Shown here in pieces: positions 50,150 through 61,884 of a DNA stretch of 64,000 bases (position 1 is its first letter; every line of letters begins with the position of its first letter). Below the pieces are notes generated by a model, which worked only from the letters and a program-made list of their open reading frames with translations, ran no database searches and was not told the DNA's origin. Made by a program: the position numbers and the translations under genes. The stretch comes from Eledone cirrhosa (Eukaryota): positions 247,628,001 to 247,692,000 of the forward strand of contig OZ024743.1 of the NCBI GenBank assembly GCA_964016885.1, read 5' to 3'.

Positions 50150-53100
50150 CTCTTTCTCTTAATTTCGAGTACATTTTTTTTGACCGGCCACCTTCCTGGT
50201 GGCAAGGTTGTAAAAGAAAAGAAATTGTCATCCCTTGAATCGCAAGAATGTTTTGCAAATTTTGAAGGTGCCAGCTATCGCAGCCATTTGTAGACTATGA
50301 ATTAGGGAGCTACGCTTTTTGTCCGCAAATCCAAGTTCAGTCATACTTTGGTCCAAGCGGGTTGGTATATAACCCGTAGCTCCAATAATGATGGGTATGA
50401 AGCTAAAGGTGTATCTTGGATACTGGATTTGTAAACTCCTCATCAATGGTCCGTAGATGTCCTTCTGTATTTTTCTGACAACGTTTACACCAAGTGGGCA
50501 GCTGATCTCCACAACAGAACACGTTTTCAATGTGTGGTCTCAAACAACAATATCAGGCCGGTTGTGCTTTAATTTGGTGGCAGTTTTTATTTTCAGGTTC
50601 CACCAGTATTCTTTAGTGCCATCTGTCTCAATATATTCTTCCTCGTTTGTTAATTTTGTTTTCCGAAGTGCGTTCCAGATGGTTCTAGCTATCCCATCGT
50701 GTCTCATGGGGAGGTAGTAGCGAGATGACATTCTTTCGCAGCTGGCTTACATCCTCAATCTTTGTTTTACATAGCCTACATTTATTGTCAGCTGCTGGCC
50801 CTTCTCTTTTGTGCAGCAGATATTTGGTAGGGAGTTCTTGTTTCTGTATTGCATAGAGATATCCCTCAAGGTGTGATGTCATAAACTTGTCGGAACTCCA
50901 TGCCAGGCTTTTTGAGTGGTTTATCCCCTCTATGGTCTGTGTTTTACGCCTCAAGTATCCATGCACAACTTTTTCTGTAAATTGGTCAATTTTTTAATCT
51001 TGTTTGAACATTGAATAGGATCTTCCGATTTCTCTGGGTGAGAGATTTATATCAGGCTTTATTCCATATCTCTCCTCCAGATCAGTCGCTATTCTAATGA
51101 TATTTTTTTTTCATGCTCATAAACCTGGGCAAGATGGTTGCCAACCTTTTTCTCTGTTGAAGGTGTTGCTTCAGTGTTACTATCCGGGTCTCATATGTTG
51201 TTAATATTGATTTTAGACCCCGGCCACCTTCCTTGCGTGAGAAGTATAGCCTATCCACATCACCATTGATGTTAAAGTTCCCAGTAACACTGAGAAGTTT
51301 TCGAGTTCTAACATCCATCTCACTTAGTTCTTGCAATGACCAGTTCAGCAGGCCAAATGTTGGCGTTAGAATTGGCACAGCATAAGTATTGTGGGCAATG
51401 TATTTGTTGTATGCTGACAGTTCTGATGACCATATTTTCTTTACTCTTCTGAGGTATTCAGTTCTGGTTCTCTCCTTATTTATGGGTCCATCATATCTGA
51501 CATTCTCATCCTGTCCAAGATATCTGTAGTTGTCACCTGACTGCAGAGGTTGTATTGTCAGGCCGTTCATCTCTAGATTTCTAGAGGAGGGCACAACTCT
51601 TCCACGTTTTACTGCCAAATATGCACACTTGAACTCACCAAATTTCATTTTGATGTCGGTTGAAAATTGTGTAATGAGGTCCAATTGTTTCTTGATGTCA
51701 TTGATATTTGGCCCATACAACTTCAGGTCATCAACAAAGAAAAGATGGGAGATACTTCTGGGCCCACTTCTTTGTCCACCTTGTTTCCTGAGTAGGTAAG
51801 ATAGTGGATTCAGTGAGAGAACGAAGAGTAGCACTGAAAAGCTATCACCCTGAAAGATGCCCTTCTGGTAATGTATCTTATCAGTCTTAACTTGCTCCTT
51901 CTCACCTCTAAGGATCAAATTGGTGTACCAGTTCTTGGTCAGGCGTTCAACAGCAGCTACCAATGGTTGTGGGACTTTAGCTAACTGTAAAGCCTTAATA
52001 ATCCACCCATGAGGTACACTATAAAATGCTTTTTGATAGCCCAGCCACACCACAGTCATGTTTCTGCGATTCTTTGTTGTTTTTTCCTGAATCATTTTGT
52101 TAGTTAGTAGGTGATCTATACAACCCCACACCTCCCTCTTTCCACCAGCTTGCTCAGGTGTTATGATGTTGGTTGCACAGTGATCCTGTAAGAACAGGTT
52201 AAGGCACCCAGTATATAATTTATACATATATGTTTTGGCAGGCTATTGGGCGGTAATTTTTAGCAAATGTGGTTTGGCTATTTTGGGGAATGAGGAGATT
52301 AGTGGCATTTGATAACCATCTGGGCAGTTCTTGTGTGCCTTTAATGGTTTCTGTAAACAGCCGTATGAGATCTTGCCGATAGAAAGTGAAATTCTTCAAC
52401 CAGTATCCTGTAATGAGGTCTGGGCCTGGCGATTTCCTATTCGACATTTTCTGTAGAGTTGTTTCCAGTATTGACCCATCTATGTCATATTGTTTTGTCT
52501 GGACATGTTGGCAGTAGTCCTGTTCCAGTTCTTTTAGCCAATTAGCTTGTCTGTTGAATCCGTCATCCGTTTCCCATACAGATCTCCAGTAGCTCTCAAC
52601 CCGTTCTTTTGAAGTGGTGTCGTTTACAGGGACTGAGCTTTTGCCACCGAAGCTGCGATAAACTGATTAGGGTCTCTGGCAAACAATCTATTTAGCACTT
52701 GTTGTTTATGTGCTGTTGACTTATATTTTAGTCTTTCTGTTGTAGCTGTGAGTTGTTGTTTCAACTGGTGTAATTTGGAGTTCAAAGTTTTAAATTTTGT
52801 ATCTCCAAATCGTCTCTCTAACTTTTTCTTTAGGTTTTCCTGGTGTCGTGTGAAGTTGCTCTCTATGTTGCATTTCATAACGACTGCGATGTGTGAGATA
52901 CTTCGTCTCAGGGACAACATTTTGGTTTTTAAATTTCGCATCCACGCTGGTTCAGGCTTTCTGTTTGTATCTTGATTGCGTGGTTTTAGATTTGTGTTAT
53001 ATGATAGCAATGTGACAGCTGAAACATATAACAAAACATTAAGCGTTTCAAATGTCGTTTCTACACCTTTAGATCGTATAGCCTTCAGATAATTGCCAGC

Positions 53101-54218
53101 TATTTCGTTTACCGCTTCCAATTCCAATTTAGTGGGTTCTTTACTGATTCTGGTGTTGTATGGTCTGTCACTCTGATTAAGGCTGTGTATCTCTTGAAAC
53201 ATATCGTTCCATATCACTTGTAGGGTGTCCACAAGTTTTTGGTGCTCTGTTTGTTCAGTAGACTCCTGAATTTCAGCCCCGTTGTTGATATGGTGACAAT
53301 TACTACTAGAGTTAGCTGACCTTTCTCGCTGTTCTTCAGTGGAAGTGGGATGGATTTCAGCAAAATTGTTGGTGAGCTGTTCACTGTTAGATTTAGCTGG
53401 CCATTCTCTTTGTCTGTCAGTGGAGGTGGGGTGGTTGTCTACAAGGGCTGTATTTGTAGTATCACTCAATTCCGTTAGATGTATCAATTTACATCTAATG
53501 ATACGTTTTGCCTGTTCATTTAAATGCTTTGGAGAAAAGTCTAATTCTGGGTGTTTGGAGTTCCATAAAGTTTTTAGCCTTTGCATAAAACCGAACTTTT
53601 GGGGTTCAGATTGTTTATATGCTTCATATAATACTTTATTAAGCTCGTAGCTCCACTGTGTACAGCGGTTGTAGTTGCGATTTGGTCGAAGGAGACTTGT
53701 ACTTTTTGCCATGATGAGTTCGTCTATTCACTAATATTTCGTATTTATTTTTCAAAATAGTCGATGATCTTCTTTAAAAGTTACGACAAAGTTCTGTAAG
53801 AATCAAATTTAAAGTTATTCACAGCTTGGGTAATATTTCTTTTCAGTTAGTTTTTAATTCTACAACTGTGTTTTAAACGTTGTTCTTGAATCGTTTGAAT
53901 CGAGAACAAAAAGAACCGTTACTTAGTATATTTCTTTATGAATGTAATATAATATAACAACGCTGTATTTATATGTTAAAGTTTATGTATCATTCATATA
54001 AATAGGTGTTGTACAACTTATTCACAGTTCAAACACTTATGTTTTTGTTTCTGAATCGAAAACGTTACTTGTATATTTCAAACACTTATGTAGAATTATT
54101 GTATGTAATCTTACCGCGTAATGTAGCTCAACTTTTTCCAATATATGGTATGTTGCCTTCATGTAAGCCGTAATTACACACGTCCGATTATCGGACACTG
54201 ACCACAACGGTCGCCATT
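50150..54218 (-). mobile_element. R4/Dong-clade RLE retrotransposon, apparently full length, frameshifted
   Basis: ORF start 53712; KSPGPD, NYRPIAC, GIFQGDS.S.LLF, HLFFVDDLKLY, CRLC, RHD, RPDIVV..EI; flanked both sides by (ACAT)n. Confidence 0.9.
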
Positions 54219-54240
54219 ATGTATGTATGTATGTATGTAT

Positions 54241-55888
54241 CTCTTTCTCTTAATTTCGAGTATATTTTTTTGACCGGCCACCTTCCTGGTGGCAAGGTTG
54301 TAAAAGAAAAGAAATTGTCATCCCTTGAATATCAAGAATGTTTTGCAAATTTTGAAGGTGCCAGCTATCGCAGCCATTTGTAGACTATGAATTAGGGAGC
54401 TGTGCTTTTTGTCCGCAAATCCAAGTTCAGTCATACTTTGGTCCAAGCGGGTTGGTATATAACCCGTAGCTCCAATAATTATGGGTATGAAGCTAAAGGT
54501 GTATCTTGGATACAGGATTTGTAAACTCCTCATCAATGGTCCGTAGATGTCCTCCTTCTCCTGTATTTTTTCTGACAACGTTTACATCAAGTGGGCAGCT
54601 GATTTCCACAACAGAACACGTTTTCAATGTGTGGTCCCAAACAACAATATCAGGCCGGTTGTGCTTTAATTTGGTGGCAGTTTTTATTTTCAGGTTCCAC
54701 CAGTATTCCATAGTGCCATCTGTCTCAATATATTCTTCCTCGTTTGTTGTTAATTTTGTTTTCCGAAGTGCGCTCCAGATGGTTCTAGCTATCCCATCGT
54801 GTCTCATGGGGAGGTAGTAGCGAGATGACATTCTTTCGCAGCTGGCAACAATGTGGCTTACATCCTCGATCTTTGTTTTACATAGCCTACATTTATTGTC
54901 AGCTGCTGGCCCTTCTCTTTTGTGCAGCAGATATTTGGTAGGGAGTTCTTGTTTCTGTATTGCATAGAGATATCCCTCAAGGTGTGATGTCATAAACTTG
55001 TCGGAACTCCATGCCAGGCTTTTTGAGTGGTTTATCCCCTCTATGGTCTGTGTTTTACGCCTCAAGTATCCATGCACAACTTTTTCTGTAAATTGGTCAA
55101 TTTTTTAATCTTGTTTGAACATTGAATAGGATCTTCCGATTTCTCTGGGTGAGAGATTTATATCAGGCTTTATTCCATATCTCTCCTCCAGATCAGTCGC
55201 TATTCTAATGATATTTTTTTTTCATGCTCATAAACCTGGGCAAGATGGTTGCCAACCTTTTTCTCTGTTGAAGGTGTTGCTTCAGTGTTACTATCCGGGT
55301 CTCATATGTTGTTAATATTGATTTTAGACCCCGGCCACCTTCCTTGCGTGAGAAGTATAGCCTATCCACATCACCATTGATGTTAAAGTTCCCAGTAACA
55401 CTGAGAAGTTTTCGAGTTCTAACATCCATCCCACTTAGTTCTTGCAATGACCAGTTCAGCAGGCCAAATGTTGGCGTTAGAATTGGCACAGCATAAGTAT
55501 TGTGGGCAATGTATTTGTTGTATGCTGACAGTTCTGATGACCATATTTTCTTTACTCTTCTGAGGTATTCAGTTCTGGTTCTCTCCTTATTTATGGGTCC
55601 ATCATATCTGACATTCTCATCCTGTCCAAGATATCTGTAGTTGTCACCTGACTGCAGAGGTTGTATTGTCAGGCCGTTCATCTCTAGATTTCTAGAGGAG
55701 GGCACAGCTCTTCCACGTTTTACTGCCAAATATGCACACTTGAACTCACCAAATTTCATTTTGATGTCGGTTGAAAATTGTGTAATGAGGTCCAATTGTT
55801 TCTTGATGTCATTGATATTTGGCCCATACAACTTCAGGTCATCAACAAAGAAAAGATGGGAGATACTTCTGGGCCCACTTCTTTGTCC
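54241..55888 (-). mobile_element. Second R4/Dong copy, 5'-truncated, in tandem
   Basis: Near-identical to 50150-51778; intact CRLCKTKIEDVSHIVASC (CCHC); separated from copy 1 by ~22 bp (ACAT)n. Confidence 0.92.
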
Positions 55889-55890
55889 CC

Positions 55891-56096
55891 TGTTGACTGC
55901 CTGGTCCCTCGAGTTGCCCCCGTCCTCCTGCTTCCGGTCAGGCATCCCCCAACTTCCGGCAATCCCCCTCCCACGGCAGCTCTACAACGCTCCCCCCCTC
56001 TATCTCGCGGGAGCCCCACAATATCTAACCAAAATTATTGGTTAAATATTCCTCTTCAACAATAACCAAAAACTTCACTTCAATTGGTGACCCCGA
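55891..56096 (+). mobile_element. LTR retrotransposon 5' LTR + primer-binding site (tRNA-Trp), internal region lost
   Basis: TG...CA (55891-56082) followed after 2 nt by TGGTGACCCCGA, complementary to the eukaryotic tRNA-Trp 3' end. Confidence 0.65.
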
Positions 56097-56142
56097 ACAC
56101 ATGGACTATTTACAAAAACTTTGCTTCAAATATATATATATA

Positions 56143-57160
56143 CTTGGGAACTTCTCTATGCTGACGATCTGGTTCTTATAGCAGAATCAGTAGAGGAGCT
56201 AGAGAATAAATTCTGGCTATGGAAACAGCAGTTGGAAGCAAGAGGACTGAGAGTGAACCTAGCTAAGACAAAAGTGTTGATGAGTAGAAAAGAGGACAAA
56301 ACTCTGATTCCGTCAGGGAAATGGCCATGTTCGATATGCAGAAAAGGAACTGGCATAAATTCTATAAAATGCACACAATGCAGATCGTGGGTACACAAGA
56401 GATGTAGCGGGATAGCAGGCAAACTAACAGGTAGGGAGAAATATGTATGCAGTAGATGTACAGGGAAATTAGACAGTAGAAGTCGCATTGATAGACACAT
56501 TTTTCAAATGCGGGCGGGTGCTATAGAAGTGGTGGATAGCTTCTGGTACCTAGAAGATCAGATTAGCATGGGAGGGGGGTGTTCCAAGGCCATAGTATCT
56601 AGAATAAGGACGGGTTGGAAGAAGTTTAGGGAGCTGCTTCCTCTGCTGACGAAGTAGGGTTTCTCCTTGCGTACGAAAGGCCGGTTATATGATGCCTGTG
56701 TGAGGAGCTCGATGTTGCATGGTAGTGAGACATGGGCAGCAACTGCAGAGGATATGCGACGGCTGGAAAGAAATGAGGCAAGCATGCTCCGTTGGATGTG
56801 CAGTGTCAATGTGCGTGAACGACCCAGCATGAATGTGTTGAGAGAGAAACTGTGTCTGAGAGGGATAGAATGTAGTGTACGGGAGAGGAGACTGAGGTGG
56901 TATGGACATGTGATGCGCATGGAGGATGACCGATGGGTAAAGAAGTGCCAGGAAATGCCAGTTGAAGGAAGACGTGGTAGAGGTAGACCACGAAAAACAT
57001 GGGCGGAGGTGGTGAGAACAGACCTCAGATCGCTGAAGCTCACGGTGGAGATGACGAAGGACCGTGACAAGTGGAGAGATGCTGAATAAGACCCGTCCCA
57101 CCCTTGCAAGCAGGGAAAAGCGGACATAAAATTATGATGATGATGATGATGATGATGATT
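56143..57160 (+). mobile_element. RTE LINE, 5'-truncated, (GAT)n tail
   Basis: LLYADD, Cys-rich finger, LHGSETW, RLRWYGHV, RGRPRKTW; one stop at 56657. Confidence 0.9.
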
Positions 57161-57464
57161 TATAAATATATATATATGTCATCATCATCACCGTTTCACG
57201 TCCATTCTTCCACGCTAGCATGGGTTAGATGGGTTGTCCTGTTGTGGGCAGTGTCCGGTCCGCTGACCTTGTCTTGCTCATACGGGAACTTATTCTGGCT
57301 TGATTTCTACAGCTGGATGCCCTTCCTAACACCAACCTCATTTACAGTGAGTGCTGGGTGCTTTTTTCCCGTGGCGCCTACACGTCCACTTTACAGTGTG
57401 GGCTGGGTGCTTTTTTGCCGTGGCACCTTCATGACCACTTGTAGTGGGAGGGGGGGGGGTATAT

Positions 57465-60140
57465 TGTCTATATGCTTCAGCTTCGGCTTGTACCCATGGG
57501 AGGTCGGGTACTCTGTATTACTGCGTGACGCCAGAGGTCACGGTCGTGTGTCATTGCCCTTGAGAGGTGCAATTGGGTAAGGTTAGCTTTTATCACCTCA
57601 TCCCAGGTCTTCTTGGGTCTCCCCACTCCGCAGCTTCCATCGACTTCTAGTGCTTTGCACCTTTTTATGCAGCTGTCATCCTTCATACGCATCACATGTC
57701 CATCCAACGCAACCTCCTCTCCCGCACACAGCATTTGATTCCTCTTATGCTCAGTCTCTCTCTCAATTCGTTTATGCTTTGCTGTTCGCATATATTACTA
57801 TTATGCATCCATTGGAGCATGCAGCCTTCGTTTCTATCTAATCTACGCAAGTCTTCTATAGACTGCGCCCAGGTCTCACTACCATCTAACATTGCTGTTC
57901 GTATACACGCATCATACAGTCTGCCTTTCATTTTGAAGGAAAAGTCTTTTGCAGCTAGCAGTGAGAGTAGCTCACTGAACTTCTTCCATCTCGTTCTTAC
58001 CCTAGATATTGTACTTTCTGAACACCCACCTCCGCTGCTAATTCGGTCACCTAGGTAGCAGAAGCTGTCTACTGTTTCTACAGAATCTTCCCAGAGTTTG
58101 GTGGTGCTTGTTTCCAGTGGCTGTGCACAGCTGCTACATGTGAAACCTACATTCTTAGTTAAGCTTCCTGAGATCCCACTACATCTCTTGTGTACCCATT
58201 GTTTGCATTTGGGGCATAGAATGGATTTTCTACCTACACCTTTCCTACATACTGAGCAAGGCCATTTACATGAGGGGATCTGGGTTCTGTTTTCTTGTCT
58301 ACTTACAAAGACCTTAGTCTTTGTCAGGTTGACTTTGAGACTTTTTCTTTCTAGTCCCTGCTTCCATGTTTGGAATGTCTTCTCTAATTCTACCATAGAT
58401 TCAGCTATAAGTGTGAGGTCATCTGCATACAGTAGTTCCCATGGGCATCCGGTCTTAAACTTCTCCTGCAGGACTATGATGAACAGGAGAGGGCTAAGAA
58501 CAGAGCCCTGGTGGACACCGACCTGTATGCTAAATTCCTCGATATAGTCATTGCTAATCCTAACTTTGCTGACTACTTTCACAAGCCATTCATCTACTCC
58601 TAGTTTTCTAAGAACCCACCAGATTATAGCACGGGGTACTCTGTCAAAGGCTTTCTCCAGATCGACGAATGCCAGGTAGAGTGGCTTACTTTTATCTAGG
58701 TACTTTTCCTGTAACTGCCTCACAAGGAAGAAGGCATCAGTGGTGCCTTTTCCTGGCACAAACCAAATTGCATCTCATCTAGTTTTACCTGGTCCCTAAT
58801 CAACTGTGCTATAACTCTTTCCGTTACTTTCATGACCTGGTCCATCAGCTTTATACCTCTATAGTTTCCTCCATCTAGTGCATCACCTTTACCCTTGTAG
58901 CAGTTGACAATGGTGCTGCTGCTTCTAACCTTTGTATCACACCCTCTAGTATTACCTGGTTAACAATACGTGTGGTTATGGTGTGATCTATCGACCCAGA
59001 TGCCTTCAGCATCTCGGCAGCTATACCCGATGGACCGGTTGCCTTCCCCGTCTTCATATTTTTGATTGCCTTACTTACTACACTGCTGCTGACTTATACT
59101 GCTGGCCCTTCTATAGGGTCTACTTGGGGTGGGGTCTCTTTTTCCCATGCATACTCCTCATTTAGTAATCTTTCATAATGGCTCTTCCACGCATCTTTCT
59201 TCTCATCACTTGTGAGGGCAAGCTCACCTTTATCATTCCAGATACACTTCTCTCCAATGACATCACTATTCTCTCTGACACACTGCCTCGCAATCTTGAA
59301 CATCTCCTGTTTCTGGTCCTCATGTTGCAAAACATGCTTGAACTTTCTATCCTCTGCTTCCCTTCTAGCTAAGTATACTTGTCGCCTAGCTTCCCTCCTG
59401 GTCTCTATGTAATGTACCCTGCTTCCCCCGTTCTTCTATTCTTTCCATGCCTCTCTCTTAGCCTTAACTGCCTCATCTACCTTATTGTTCCACCACCAAA
59501 TCACTCTCCTCCTGCCTGTGGTCTTGCTCCAACCACAGATCTCGTCTGTCGCCTTTAGTAGATTATTTTTTTTTTTAGGGACTCCCAGTGCTCTTCTACA
59601 TTGAATGTCTCTATCTGGTCTTCTTTACTGTGATAGGCATTGAGTAAAATATCATTAAATCTGTTACTGGCTGAGGGCTCTTTCAGCTTCCAGATCTTTC
59701 TTCTCCAGGTTGCCCTCTGTTTCCAAGTTCGTCTAGTTCTGGCAGTGAGGTCGCTGACACCTAAGTTATGTTGGGAGGTACATTCCTCACTAGGGAAGGC
59801 TTTTGTATTTACGACCGTCCATCTATCACGACCGTCCATCTATCATCCTAAGTTCGTCTGGCAACCCCGATTGGGGTGCGTAAGCTGATATTATTGTGGC
59901 AATTTTTTTATTCAGGACTAGTCTGAGTTTAATGATTCTTGCGTTCACCCTGTTCACTGAGATTACCTTATCTATCCATTTTTCAGCTAATAGTATACCT
60001 ACACCACCCATCCCATTGTCATTTCCCACCCAGAAAAAAATTGTAGCACTGACTTTTGCCTACAAGGACTCTAGCGGACTCTTGCACACAGCATACATCA
60101 ATTTCCTTTCGCTCTACCATCTCTACGATTTCTCCTGCTC
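57465..60140 (-). mobile_element. RTE LINE pseudogene (APE + RT)
   Basis: GGVGILL, ISAYAPQ, KATGPSGI, FVDLEKAFDRVP, GVHQGSVLSPLLF, LLYADD; many frameshifts. Confidence 0.92.
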
Positions 60141-60585
60141 TTCCTTTCAATATATTTATATATATATATATATATATATATGTATAGGAATTTACCTCTC
60201 ACAGCTCACACCAAATACCCAAACCTACACAAATTATCATCTATACCTCTCACAACACACACTCACACACCTACTCACGGCACTATCATTTGCCACTATT
60301 CTTTATGTAATAGGTTATGTACGTCAAGAGACTGCATTTACCCGGGAGAAAACACTCAATCTCTACAAACAACAACATCCGACACCAAAGCACATATTCC
60401 AAAATAACATCACCACCATCATCACCACCACCACCACCACACCACCAATAACTTCACCAAATGTTAAAACACACAAATATATACACACAGCTAACCCAGA
60501 ATTCCCAAATCTGCTGCTATTCCCAGCAAGACAGATTATGTCTGCAGTGTGATTGTCCTTTTACCCATCTTCTGGGGACTTGTAC

Positions 60586-60817
60586 AAATAAAAATAAAAA
60601 TAAAAATAAAAATAAAAATAAAAATAAAAATAAAAATAAAAATAAAAATAAAAATAAAAATAAAAATAAAAATAAAAATAAAAATAAAAATAAAAATAAA
60701 AATAAAAATAAAAATAAAAATAAAAATAAAAATAAAAATAAAAATAAAAATAAAAATAAAAATAAAAATAAAAATAAAAATAAAAATAAAAATAAAAATA
60801 AAAATAAAAATAAAAAT
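60586..60817 (+). repeat. Perfect (AAAAAT)n hexamer array, ~38 units
   Basis: Direct inspection. Confidence 0.95.
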
Positions 60818-60949
60818 GGGACTCCTACCCAATATAAAACCCACAACTATAGACACAGTTCCCTAAACAGGAAAACTCTTTTTTAGCCATAATGAATATG
60901 GCAAAAAAACTGCAAAAAGCATTTTAGCCACCACCCAACACCACCTTCC

Positions 60950-61880
60950 ACTACCACCCTGCTGCACAAACTTTCATTGCTACCATTAACAAACAAATCC
61001 CCAAAACAATCAAAATCAGCTGTCACTTTAGCCTCAACATTTTTGTTTAATACTCAAAGCATCAGCCCTTCCACCAATACTCAAAAATGGAAGATCAAAT
61101 TTCTTGAGAATTAGGTTGATGACCACCCTAACCACATCTCTTTCTTCGTCCTCACCGAGACCCATCTCAATAACCTCCACTTGTAAGCCGAGGTGAGAGT
61201 GAAGAATTTTAAAGCTATCTGTGCAGCTTGTGCTGGCAGAAGAAAGGGCAGGACTGCCATTTTTGTACATGATTCATTTTCTAATGGATAGTGTGAAGCA
61301 GTCACTGTGTTCAGTAAAACCAACAACTTAATAGTAGTTGGGCTCTACAGGGCACCCAAAACGCTTCTACCATGCTCCAAGGAATGCCTCAACAGCATAA
61401 AATGTTTCATCCAACAGTGTCACCCTGGCAACATCTTAATGATGGGGGACTTCAACCTTCCTGGTGTTGACTGGTTCACAAACAGTTTGATACCAGGTTT
61501 TCCCACCTCAATCCCTGACAAAGAGGCAGTAGAATCACTTCTTGACTTTATGGATGAGTTTTTCCTGTCCCAACTTGTGCTCAAACCAACAAGGTGCCAC
61601 AAAAACGTCTTGGGCCTAATGTTCAGTAATCACATTGGCACTATCCACAATATAACAATGGAAAAAACTCTACTCTCAAACCATGACACCGTTCTCTGTG
61701 ATCTGAGATTCCACCGTCCAAAAAGTAAACCCGATAACATCTCTCCAGTTCCTCCATTTGACACCATGGATCTTCATAATGCAAACTGGGAAGTGATCAA
61801 TAATGATTTTGCACATGTCGATTGGTCTTTCACACACACTCACACATCCACTAACATCAACATATCCTAGCAGACATTTG
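60950..61880 (+). mobile_element. CR1-like LINE APE endonuclease region
   Basis: GLYRAP, MGDFNLPGVDW, LSQLVLKPTR, LSNHDTV; ends where the RTE begins. Confidence 0.8.
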
Positions 61881-61884
61881 TAAG

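Noticed and set aside
60461-60886. Poly-NK/IK/FL proteins
   Set aside because: Products of the (AAAAAT)n array.
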